Of a stretch of 64,000 nt of DNA, positions 14,479-26,201 are shown in pieces. Source of the DNA: Octopus vulgaris (Eukaryota). The notes below the pieces were generated by a model. It did not search any database. It saw nothing but the letters and a program-made list of their open reading frames with translations, and was not told the DNA's origin. The stretch's first letter is position 1; the number at the start of each line of letters is the position of its first letter. The DNA lies in the NCBI GenBank assembly GCA_951406725.2, contig OX597814.1, positions 221,836,001-221,900,000 of the forward strand, in the 5' to 3' direction. Both the position numbers and the translations under genes were made by a program.

Positions 14479-14522
<44 letters not shown>

Positions 14523-14737
14523 TGTATCTGTGTTTGTCCCCCTAGCATTCCTTGACAACCGATGCTGGTGTGTTTACGTCCCCGTCAATTAGCGGTTCGG
14601 CAAAAAGAGACCGATAGAATAAGTACTGGGCTTACAAAAGAATAAGTCCCGGGTTCGAGTTGCTCGATTAAAGGCGGTGCTCCAGCATGGCCGCAGTCAT
14701 ATGACTGAAACAAGTAAAAGAGTAAAAGAGTAAAGAG
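14305..14737 (+). mobile_element. SINE family B
   Basis: ggcgcaggagtggctgtgtggtaag...gactgaaacaagtaaaagagtaaaagag; near-identical to 13791-14196 in the opposite orientation. Confidence 0.92.
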
Positions 14738-14898
14738 ATATAAATGACAAACATTAATAAATGTATTTAGAGGAAGGTAACTGATGCAATAATACTACAT
14801 GGAAAGTATTTATTATACACTATGATCTAATGTCGTTCAGATACCAGACTAATACAGGCGTTCCCTGTTTCTTCTTGACACTTTTCTTTATGCATAGT

Positions 14899-15732
14899 GT
14901 AGTAATTCGCATTCGTCTTGGTAGAGTAGTAATTCACATTCGTCTTGGTAGAGTAGTAATTCGCATTCGTCTTGGTAGAGTAGTAATTCGCATTCGTCTT
15001 GGTAGAGTAGTAATTTGCATTCGTCTTGGTAGAGTAGTAATTCGCATTCGTCTTGGTAGAGTAGTAATTCGCATTCGTCTTGGTAGAGTAGTAATTCGCA
15101 TTCGTCTTGGTAGAGTAGTAATTCGCATTCGTCTTGGTAGAGTAGTAATTCGAGTTCGTCTTGGTAGAGTAGTAATTCGCATTCGTCTTGGTAGAGTAGT
15201 AATTTGCATTCGTCTTGGTAGAGTAGTAATTCGCGTTCGTCTTGGTAGAATAGTAATTTTCATTCGTCTTGGTAGAGTAGTAATTCGCATTCGTCTTGGT
15301 AGAGTAGTAATTTGCATTCATCTTGGTAGAATAGTAATTTACATTCGTCTTGGTAGAGTAGTAATTCGCATTCGTCTTGGTAGAGTAGTAATTCGCATTC
15401 ATCTTGGTAGAGTAGTAATTTGCATTCGTCTTGGTAGAGTAGTAATTTGCATTCGTCTTGGTAGAGTAGTAATTTGCATTTGTCTTGGTAGAGTAGTAAT
15501 TCGCATTCGTCTTGGTAGAGTAGTAATTTGCATTCATCTTGGTAGAGTAGTAATTCGCATTCGTCTTGGTAGAGTAGTAATTTGCATTCATCTTGGTAGA
15601 GTAGTAATTTGCATTCATCTTGGTAGAGTAGTAATTCGCATTCGTCTTGGTAGAGTAGTAATTTGCATTCGTCTTGGTAGAGTAGTAATTTGCATTCATC
15701 TTGGTAGAGTAGTAATTTGCATTCATCTTGGT
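14899..15732. repeat. 27-bp minisatellite, about 31 units
   Basis: Unit gtagtaattcgcattcgtcttggtaga; translates as (TKTNANYYS)n on minus and (VVIRIRLGR)n on plus. Confidence 0.97.
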
Positions 15733-16441
15733 GGCTGTGTCAGCAAAATCCAACAAGATTATGCTGTTATAATCCAGAAAAGAAATAAACCAGATATGAA
15801 AGTATCGCTGAATTCCTTGATTCGAAAATCCTTATTGGTTTCTTCTTGGAAAATGTCCACTCACTGCATGCGATTTGTTGTCTTACAGAGGATACAGAAA
15901 ACTTGAGTTTCTTCTTGAGTTTTAATATTTGATAAAAAATAAATAAAACCCACTGTATCGCTGCCAAACCTATATATTACTAGTACAACAGTTCAAAAGC
16001 TGTTTCATTATTCCACGAGTTGAAGAAATAGGTAATAACATTGAAGATAACTTCTTTCTACAAAGTTTCTTGAGAATATTGAGATCTGTGACAGCACTGA
16101 TACTGACAACTTTTCAAGTAATTTGATACCAATTTGTGTCACTTCTATCACCTTTACTGAACAATCGTTGACAATTTCCTGAATTTTTAATAGAGGCGAA
16201 AAATTCTATTTATTATTTGACGTGTTTAATGACAGAGTGTTGTAAGCGCCACTCCGGTCATTTTCGAGGTTACTATATCGTTTTCTTCATCTCGACGTCT
16301 AGAAGCAGAAAAAGTTGGGAGGAAGAACTGGTGAGGCTTGCAATAAAATCGAAAACCCAGCTAAAAAAAATTGTACCCTGACACTATTAACACAACACTC
16401 GGTCACCCGAACTCGGACCAGAGAGTTTAATAACACACCAT
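15733..16441 (-). mobile_element. Degraded Gypsy-like leader and gag region
   Basis: Follows an LTR and a TGGTG PBS-like start; frameshifted fragments FIASL, KIQEI...GDRS, DLNILKKL resemble Gypsy gag. Confidence 0.45.
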
Positions 16442-16708
16442 TGTAGGCACACACGCTCAACAAATAACTTTGGTGTGGTCCCTGTATTGTTTTTCGAGGT
16501 GCTGTGGCTCATTTTCTTCGTTGCCATCGTAACGATAATGGGCTATTATCTTACTATCTTGTCTTACTCGTCACTTAAGGATACTTACCTTGGTATATTA
16601 AAACACAAACAATACTTTTGGGGTGGGATCTCTGTATGTTTTTCTCTTGGTATTATGGCTAAAATATGCAATGCGATACACTGTTTTGTAGTACCGGTAT
16701 ATTCTACA
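16442..16708 (-). mobile_element. Candidate LTR
   Basis: Termini TGTAG...CTACA; on the minus strand the end is followed by aTGGTG (PBS-like). Confidence 0.55.
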
Positions 16709-18564
16709 AAATGAGAAAGACGCAGTAATTGGTTCATCTTTCATGCATAAATCTATAAGTTTACTTAGATGGAATAATTCACGGTCATTTCAAGACCAAA
16801 CCCAGCTTCCTATCTTCATTTCTTGCCGAGATATCGCATTCTGAAAGTCGCCAGTTTTGCGTTTTTCTTGGTTCTTAAGTTGTAGCGCTTAGGACAGTCG
16901 GTTTCTAAACGTCTCAATTATGGAATGTGTTACTAGCCTTCTATCTTCAAACTAAACATTTTACCGGTATATCAGTTCTCCACTCTGTACTTTGCGTGCT
17001 TAAATTATTTAAAATAATTTTGCTCGTTTTTTTTTCCTGTTCTTTTTTTTTTTTTTTGGCTTCAGTAATGAATATTAAATAATTCGGTATTCTACGTTGT
17101 CCGTTCAAAACTTAAAAAACGTCAATTTGAAATAAACATTTAGTGATGAATGAAATCAATATTAAAAATATATGTTATTTTTATCCTTACAAATACTGTC
17201 AGGTTATTATTCCAACTACAAATTTATAGAGGAATTCAGTGAATTTATTTGTTTGAAGAGTGAAAGAATTTGTCATGCTGAGTACCTACCCACTTCCGAA
17301 TAAGAGAATATATAAAAATTCTACGTAATTTAAACTCAAAATCACGAATAAAGTGCTGAATGATTCAAAAGAGTAGAGGCAGGAGAACATTTAGGGCGAG
17401 GGGAAGAGAATCCGGTAAAAGTTTATGCGAGTAATGTGATAGTTCATGGTGAAGATGGAATAATGAGTGATGGAGATGGAAGTCAAAGTTTGAAATAAAA
17501 TCCACACCAAATGAAACGTGGTTGAAATGGTTACGATGAAGTAACATGAGACGGAAGATAAAGGAGATCGCAACGCAAAAAACAAAAGGTGGCAAAAAAG
17601 GGGACACATTCATGAACACATACATACACACACGCACACACACACAGATACACACACACACACAAATACACATACACACACACACACACACTATATAACA
17701 TTCACTGTCGCTCATTAACACAGGCGTGAACACAAGAAAAGAACAAGTAAAATTTGTTGAGGAACCGAGATCAGCAAGGAGTGGACGAAAATATAAAAAA
17801 AATTTAAAGGCAGTAAATTGTTGTCGGAATTGTGGCAGGAGAAGAGTGAAGATTGGAAGAATGCGAGCAATAAATGGAACAATAAACAAGTACAATTCAA
17901 ATTGAAGTACTGTACATATGCCACTGTATCGATAGATATATGCGGAGTGTGTACGTTGCCGACAGGAAATGCACCGACGGAATATGTATACATTCATACA
18001 CATATCAAAACTCATATGCAACAGAAAACAGTGGAATACATGATATACAACATCAAACTATTGTTCAAAATGGAGTAAATAAGATGGACTTGTTGATCGA
18101 ATTCAGAATAAACAGATCAGGTGTGCATGGAATTCAAACATAAAGATTTTTCATTTTTTTGTTGGTTTCATTTGAGCCAAAGTCTGTCAGTAGAACGAAG
18201 AAATGAATGATCATGTTAAAATGTTGGTCTGTAGCAATGTTGAGTCACTGGGTGGGTCAGTTCGTGCATTTGACGAGCATCTATTGCGCATAAACGAGGT
18301 TTTAATCGTTATAGATAAGCACTGACACAGGAACGGCATGTTGGTAATCTTTGGTTGGTCACAGTACTTCACATTTAGCGTTAGAATTTATCAGAGGGAA
18401 ATTATTCCTCCGGCTTCAGTTCCATAAAAGCTCCTTCTTTAAATATAAAATAAAGTACATGCATATATACTTTTATGTGTTTGTGTGTGTGTGTGTGTTT
18501 GTGTGTGTGCGTATCTGTGTGTATGTATATATACATACACATGCATATACGTGTGTGTGTACAT

Positions 18565-18633
<69 letters not shown>

Positions 18634-18794
18634 AATTAAGGACTGAACACGAAAAGTGGACAGTCAACATGCTAGATATAGACGCCAAATCGTCATTCAC
18701 CACAAAAGATTATGTTCTCAGATCAAACTCAACATGCACGCGATATTTCGGTATCGTGTTTGCATCTAGTCCAGCAAATTACATTTATAACGGA

Positions 18795-18859
18795 CCATGC
18801 TGATGATGGCTGCAGTTTTCCTTGCGGAAAATAACAGCTGAAACTAAGTTAGTACATGG
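18795..18859 (+). ncRNA. Type I hammerhead ribozyme, copy 1
   Basis: CCATG-CTGATGA-t-GGCTG..TTTTCC-ttgc-GGAAAA..CAGCT-GAA-ACTAAGTTAGT-A-CATGG; predicted cleavage after GUA at 18854. Confidence 0.85.
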
Positions 18860-19307
18860 GTAATTATTTTATTTCGTATATTTTTCACTTGTTTATTGCT
18901 ATGGTTTTGTGTTGAGTTTGATCTGAGAACATAATCTTTTGTGGTGAATGACGATTTGGCGTCTATATCTAGCATGTTGACTGTCCACTTTTCGTGTTCA
19001 GTCCTTAATTGGTATATATATATATAAATATTTTAATCTTCGGATTCTTTTTTAATATGCTAGACCACTGGTCTTAATTGATAAATATCAATTTCTACCC
19101 TTAATTAATTTTATATAAATAAATATGTTCTCTAACCGATAAATTAACTGCTGCTAATTATTAGCTGCAGGCTAGTTTTCTCGGGTTTCAACGCGCCAAA
19201 GTAAAGGCATTTGAAAGATATATTCAAATGTAATAGGCTGAACTCCATGCACGCGATATTTCGGTATCGTGTTTGCATCTAGTCCAGCAAATTACATTTA
19301 TAACGGA

Positions 19308-19372
19308 CCATGCTGATGATGGCTGCAGTTTTCCTTGCGGAAAATAACAGCTGAAACTAAGTTAGTACATGG
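19308..19372 (+). ncRNA. Type I hammerhead ribozyme, copy 2
   Basis: Identical to 18795-18859; predicted cleavage after 19367. Confidence 0.85.
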
Positions 19373-19614
19373 GTAATTATTTTATTTCGTATATTTTTCA
19401 CTTGTTTATTGCTATGGTTTTGTGTTGAGTTTGATCTGAGAACATAATCTTTTGTGGTGAATGACGATTTGGCGTCTATATCTAGCATGTTGACTGTCCA
19501 CTTTTCGTGTTCAGTCCTTAATTGGTATATATATATAAATATTTTAATCTTCGGATTCTTTTTTAATATGCTAGACCACTGGTCTTAATTGATAAATATC
19601 AATTTCTACCCTTA

Positions 19615-19662
<48 letters not shown>

Positions 19663-19664
19663 CA

Positions 19665-19930
19665 GGGACAATTCACAAAAACGACAAAAGACGAAGCTAG
19701 GTGATGTAGACAACAAACAGATGTATTAGTTTAACGCTCGGGAAGTGAAAAAGTCTTCAACGTTTCGAGCCTACGCTCTTTCACAGGAAAGAACACAGAA
19801 AGAAACAAGGAGGGAAAATAAAGAATGTTTAGTGGTTAGCGATCCATCATAGCGAATGCCGGACAGAGGGGTTACACAGAAGAGCTAGGAAGAAGGGGAG
19901 ATAATAAAGTAGTGGTGATCCCAAAACGAA
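19665..19930 (-). mobile_element. Penelope-like pLTR fragment with a degenerate minimal hammerhead (19754-19792)
   Basis: Minus: tctttc-CTGTGAAA-GAGC-gtag-GCTC-GAAA-CG-TT-gaaga, then a T-rich tail ending at (TA)n. Confidence 0.55.
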
Positions 19931-21067
19931 GGTGCACGTGCATGAGTATAACAGAGTGCACGGGGAAGAGGGCTGGTGACCTTGACGTGTACGTGTGTAT
20001 GCGTAGGTGTGTGGATGTGTGGCTGGGAAGTGGTCAATGCTAGTGTGTGCGCGGTGGTGTGATATGATGTAGTGTTGTGTGGTAATGTGGTGTGTGGTGT
20101 ATTGGTGTGTGGATGGTGTGATGGTATTGGGAGGTGGGGAGACGAGAGTGGGGTGTGGGTTAGGCTGAGGGTGGTGGGGGGGGGGGGGGTACGTGGGATG
20201 GGGTGGGGTAGGGTTGGATGGATGGATAGGGAAGGTCGGATTGAATTGAATCACTGATTGGATGCAAAAATTTAGCGACAACTGTTAGTAATTTTGAATG
20301 AAGAATGTAAAGATTTCTAGAAATTAGGTAATACTTGTGGAAATCAATTAAATGCTTACAGAAATGACAATCTTATGTCTTTTTCGAGACAAGTTCAACA
20401 ATGGGTATATGTTTCACACTTTTAGATTTTAACAGTATAGTACAGTCTAAGTCAGCTCACTTTTTCTCGGTTGGAGAATGTATAAACTCGGTTGGGCAAA
20501 AGCTGTAAAAGGGAGCAGTTAATAATTTCTAACATCATTCGCAATATACTAAACGAAAACAAGCTATACATCAAAAGTTCCGTATTTGCAATTCATTTGT
20601 AAAGAATTTTTAATTTGTTGAACTTAAAGTAAACTCAAGTTATCGAATGGTTTCTGAAAGTTTCGCTCATATATTGGCATTTTAAACAATTTTATTCGTG
20701 CATTAGAACAGGATTGAAGGCTTAATATTAATCTGTGTATGCGTATACGAACAGAGATGCGTATAAGCCTGCCAGCTGGCATTCCTCTATCATGAAAATT
20801 CGCCAAATGTGTACCCAAGCGGAAATTGACAAAATGCTACCAAAGTAAAAGAGCGATTAAATAAAGCTATCACTGCAGGGAAAAGCTTTTACCCGTATCA
20901 CATCTATCTAAAGAAGGCTGCTTGACATGAAACAGAATATTATTTCAAGGCAATATTATGTATCTACCATATTACAATAAGTATTCTCTGTACATAACGT
21001 ATGGAGTACTCACAAATTATTGATAATACGTAGGTACGAGTACTTACATGCATCCACATATATACAG

Positions 21068-21128
<61 letters not shown>

Positions 21129-21199
21129 AAAAACTACAAACTGGGACAAAGAACGCAAAACATTTAGAAGACGATACAAAAGACACGGACGGGACATTC

Positions 21200-21268
21200 G
21201 AAGCCTTCAATCTTCAGTCAAGAACCGGATCATGCTCGCAATTTCGGCTGATTAATCTTGAGATTGCT

Positions 21269-21270
<2 letters not shown>
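21200..21270 (-). ncRNA. Candidate non-circularly permuted hammerhead ribozyme, second example
   Basis: Minus: GCAAT-C-TCAAGA / ttaat / CAGCC-GAA-ATTGC / 14-nt linker / TCTTGA-CTGAAGA-ttgaaGGCT. Stem III 5 bp, stem I 6 bp, stem II irregular. Confidence 0.55.
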
Positions 21271-21314
<44 letters not shown>

Positions 21315-21957
21315 ATGTATGTATATATGTAATGTGTGTGTGTGTGAGAGTGTGTATGTGTGCGTAAGCGTGTATGTGTGTGTGTATGCGCGTCTGCGTG
21401 CGTGTATGTATGTGTATGCGTGCGTGCATACGTGTATGCGTGTATGTGTGTGTGTGTTCTAAGTCTAAGAATAGCATGTACTATGAAGCATTGCTTTCAT
21501 GAACCTTCCAATGCGACTTCAGTTGAAATTCACGATAATTTCCCTGTAATGTTAGCCTGTGTTCCAATGGTACCAATCTACATTATCATATCACACTTGA
21601 TAGGTAATTCATTTGTTTTATATCTCAACCAAAGTTAGTACAGTTGCTGTGAATATATTTCTGACTGCTTTTCTACCGGCTCAATAATGATTTTCACAAA
21701 CCAATGACTTGCTATTAGTATTTTTACTCAGAGTTATTTAAATATTAGGATCCACATATTATCAAAACATCAGATAACATCCGTTCCTGTTTTTGTTTTC
21801 TGTTTTTTTGTTTTTTTTTACCTTTTAAACTAATCCAGTAGTTCTGATAATTCATGGTAGATACGTTGTAGTGAAATCAAACCACATTTGTAGATATAGC
21901 AAATGAAATTTTCTGCGTATGTGTGTGTGTGTGAATAATTGTAGGTTTTTCTGCTTA

Positions 21958-22352
21958 TCTTTATATATAAAGGTGAGGTTGTGTGCTGTCTGTCTCCTAC
22001 GATTTAGATTCCTAACTACTCCCACATTTTGCGGTGCAGTTTAACCAAAACCGGGTATCTTATAGTCGTGATTCATATCGAGCCCTTCTGGGTATTAGCG
22101 CGCGTCTACGATGAGTCTACGATTAAAAAAAAAATTTACCATCAATTTTTCCCATTTTTAATGCATTTTTGGCATATATAAGGGAAGTAACTCTCTAAAA
22201 ATGTATTATTAAATCTCAGAACGTAAAAAGCTACAGTAACACCCCCCTTTGTGGTTAGCCATATTGAGATGGCTATTATACTTTACATCTCTAAAAATGT
22301 TTATATAGTTATTTCCTTTACAAACCCGAGCAACGCCGGGCGGTACTGCTAG
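21958..22352 (+). mobile_element. Non-autonomous Helitron
   Basis: 5' TC, 3' hairpin cccgagcaacgccggg then CTAG, inserted between A and T. Confidence 0.85.
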
Positions 22353-22581
22353 TATTTTATAAGCCTACTTCCTAGAAGAAAAGAGCTGATTTCTGAGAAA
22401 TAAGGCTGTATCGTTGGGAATTGTATAACAGTAACAAGTACATGTCGAACTTTAGATAAAACATTTTCAGTGGGCCCCTTACGATAAGTGTAAGTGTGCA
22501 AAATGCTTAACAGCCTGTGTATTTCTTTGGCTGGAAAAATACTAACTTTTCCAGATTCTCACTTAAACATATACTAACATA

Positions 22582-22746
22582 GGCGCAGGAGTGGCTGTGT
22601 GGTAAGTAGCTTGCTAACCAACCACATGGTTCCGGGTTCAGTCCCACTGCGTGGCATCTTGGGCAAGTGTCTTCTGCTATAGCCTCGGGCCGACCAAAGT
22701 CTTGTGAGTGGATTTGGTAGACGGAAACTGAAAGAAGCCTGTCGTA

Positions 22747-22790
<44 letters not shown>

Positions 22791-23002
22791 TGTATGTTTG
22801 TGTGTCTGTGTTTGTCCCCCTAGCATTGCTTGACAACCGATGCTGGTGTGTTTATGTCCCCGTTACTTAGCGGTTCGGCAAAAGAGACCGATAGAATAAA
22901 TACTGGGCTTACAAAAGAATAAGTCCTGGGGTCGAGTTGCTCGACTAAAGGCGGTGCTCCAGCATGGCCACAGTCAAATGACTGAAACAGGTAAAAGAGT
23001 AA
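22582..23002 (+). mobile_element. SINE family B
   Basis: Full-length match to 14305-14737. Confidence 0.92.
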
Positions 23003-23009
23003 CGTAGCC

Positions 23010-23680
23010 AGTTTTCGAAGCACTTGTCCATAAATATTTCTTGCTTTTTTTGTATGAGACACCCACATCCTCAGGGAAGCTGACTTCTGAGACTATAACG
23101 AAATTTCTTCTTACGCTCAGATAACTACATTAGGTTTGTTGTTTCCACTTGGTAGAAATTTTGATGGAAATTTTCCACCAGCATTCCTTGTGTTGTGTAT
23201 CCATTAGCAGAGATGTTGATTGAATTTATCACTGGCCACTCTTTTGTACGGACAGCATTGTGTATTGTTTTAGCAATATCATGTTACAGTTGAATGTTGT
23301 ACCTTGATGACATTTCTGCGCATCTGCTGACTACACAGGTTATATTCGCCACAGAAAACTGACATAATCGACATTTACGCTGAATCTTGACACAGCTTCA
23401 TTGTATCGTTTGTTCGCTGGGTATGTTGTGGATATTTCTTGCTGCTGGATTTCAAAAGTATAACCTTCACCATGTGATGCGATGTAGCATTCATGAGTCC
23501 AAGCGCGTTTACACTTCATTTTAATATTATTATTCTCCTCAAGTGTGCGTGATACAAACCCATGCATAATGTTTTTTGCGGAATTCAGACTGTTACTCTT
23601 TCCATTCTTTACTGAGCTAAACTAGTCCTGTACTTCTGGGTTGACATTGAGTGACTGCTTCTTGAGAAGTTTACTGTATA
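23010..23680 (-). mobile_element. Degraded R4/Dong-group LINE, zinc-knuckle and RLE region
   Basis: YIASHGEGYTFEIQQQEIST, HDIAKTIHNA, WWNFPIK..K.KP.VVI fragments. Confidence 0.7.
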
Positions 23681-26165
23681 TACATGTATGTATATAAATA
23701 TAAAAACTTGTGTGTATGCATGAATGCAAGTATTTAACAAGTAGAGCTTGTTAGCGTATTTATTTTAACTGAGATTGGCAGTTTCACAACTTTCACGTGA
23801 TATTTCCATGCCTACAAACACATACATAAATATATAGATACATCTGCGGACACTACACCCGCAGTATAACTTCAGATTTATGCCAATGATTATTGAGGAC
23901 TTATTTGTGTGACTAAATGCTTTGGTAACATTTACAAGACGTCGGCTTTTACCAGAGAAGAAAGTACGGGACTTATTAAAATATTATAATCACAGAATTT
24001 TTTAATGGAAATGTAAACTCAATTAGAAACATCCAAAGTGTACATAGGTGTGTATATACATACAAGCATATGTATATGCACATACGGATAAGTCAAATCA
24101 TACAAATTCACTGGGACAATTGTATGAATACATACGAATGTACAGGTAAGTGTATGTTTACAGATGAAACGTGATTGCATACGTACATATACACCTACAT
24201 AATACACTGACCCCCACAAAAAAAAAATCAAACGGTAAGTTAAGTCGTGTAAAATGTACGCTGAAGATAGCTAGAGTTGGCATTACATATAAAGATAATG
24301 ACAAAAACTGCTTTTTTTTTACAATTTCAAATAATGATTAACATGAATGTGTGTTCATGAAGGTAGAATTGTGTGACTTATTTCTCACGCGAAATACATT
24401 AGACTGATTAATTTAATTAATGTATTTGATCATTTTATTTAGTAATGATATTTATAACATTTATAGCTAACCATTATATTTAATAAAAGGTGTTTGATTA
24501 TTTTATCCTACTCGATGCAAAATTCAGTGTTGAATGTAAAACAATAATTGGCTCCGCAAGCATTCCAAAATATATTTGATCGAGGAAGAAGTAATCCGTT
24601 TGACAGTCTAAACGGTTATAGTCTTGAATGAACTGCAATCCATTGCGTCGCGTATTTACTGTACTAAATACGGAAAATCATCCAATTTAAGATCGATATG
24701 TCTATATACAATTCTGAAGAATACGATAAGGTATGCTTCAATTTAACGACTATTAAGTGTATCGTAATTCTTTTGTGACAAATGATCAAACGATCATGTA
24801 TTTTATTTAAAGAATTCCACAAGTAAATTGTCTTTAGCTAGATTCGATCTTTCTCAAAATAAAGAAACCAAACATATTCCAATATACGACTAAATGCATT
24901 AAAAGAGTTTATGAAGTCTTTATCTTAAATTATAAATGATCAAAACTGACAATTCATTCATATAACGGCTATCTTAGTTTTATTAATGTTGTGTACCAAA
25001 AACTGTGATAGTTACTCATAAATACATCTAGATTCATACCTACAATATCACACGTTGTCTTTGTATTGTTATTTTCAAAGCATAGTATATGATACATATA
25101 AATAGATAAGGCTAGCTGCAGTGTAGTCGTCAAACAATATAAACTAATTATATTAGCGACACGATCAAACTTGTCACTATACTTCTTAGAAGTAAACGAT
25201 AATTTTATTAGACCTATTTTATTATTTTGGACAAATACATGAAATTAAATTACATTTTTGCGATAAGCCTTTATTAATCATAATGTTTTGAGTTCTATTG
25301 AGAAGAAAAGATTTAAGCCAATCACCCAATTTACAGATAAAAAAAAACACTAAAAGATGAATGGAATTTTTTGTGAGATACAGTATGATAGTCTTTTACA
25401 AAATCTAGGTAGTCGACATTTAAGTCTCGTCCATCAATAGATTTACTTTAGTTGTTGATACATAGCAATAATTGAGATAATGTTGATTTGATTTATATTT
25501 TAAAAAACAACGTTGTTCTGCAAAATAACATTTTACATTTTAGAAATCGTTTGAAATTTCCTTAATTAGAATTTTCACAACCTTACATAAAATAAAATAA
25601 AGTTAATAAGCCGATAATTTTCTACCTCAAGCATTGATGACTTTGTATGCATTAGAACTTCTAGACTGAGTTCAGGCAGCAAGTTAATTCTCTCTGATTA
25701 AAACCAAACTTAAACATAAGTGGTAAAAAGATAAGCCAATTCATAGGCTAAGCTTCTTTAAAACTTTGCTAGAATATTATCAGGTTGAAAAGAAAATTTA
25801 TAAAGTAGAATTGACAAAATCAAATGTAATGATTTATCAGTGGCTTTTTACTGTTATCAGTCATACTAATATAATCACTTACTAAAATCTTCTTCTTTAT
25901 CTGTATTGGTTGTTGCAATTTCAGCCAACATATTCAATACTGGTATTTTTGTTTTGGAATTTATTTAATTATTTGTGACATATACGTCAAACGACAATCT
26001 GGTCCTTTACATAGTTCTCTCCCAAATTTTTAAAGATCATCTCTTAATTCAAGGGTTTCTAAATTTATCATGAGGTAAATTTACTCAGAACCTGGAGTAA
26101 AGTTACTCAAAGAAGGTGAATTTACTGAGTCTGGTTTTGTACGTATTTCATTTCAGGCGTGGCTA

Positions 26166-26201
26166 GGCGCAGGCGTGGTTGTGTGGTAAGAAGCTTGCTT
26201 C
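26166..26201 (+). mobile_element. 5' head of an interrupted SINE family B copy
   Basis: ggcgcaggcgtggttgtgtggtaagaagcttgcttc; the SINE continues at 29027. Confidence 0.8.

Larger units (their letters stand above)
18631..19630 (+). mobile_element. Young non-autonomous Penelope-like / retrozyme-like element: inverted repeat plus partial tandem direct repeat
   Basis: 18631-18734 is the reverse complement of 18910-19013; 18733-19117 repeats at 19246-19630 (period 513); (TA)n on both flanks; no long ORF. Confidence 0.88.

Noticed and set aside
14827-15906. 309-aa and 358-aa repeat proteins, or a CRISPR-like array
   Set aside because: Pure 27-bp tandem repeat with no unique spacers; the frames are open because the unit is a multiple of 3 without stops; no splice or start context.
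17365-18143. 218-aa ORF or possible gag-protease remnant
   Set aside because: The ORF runs through (CA)n; only weak CxxC and 'VQFKL' hints, not enough to call.
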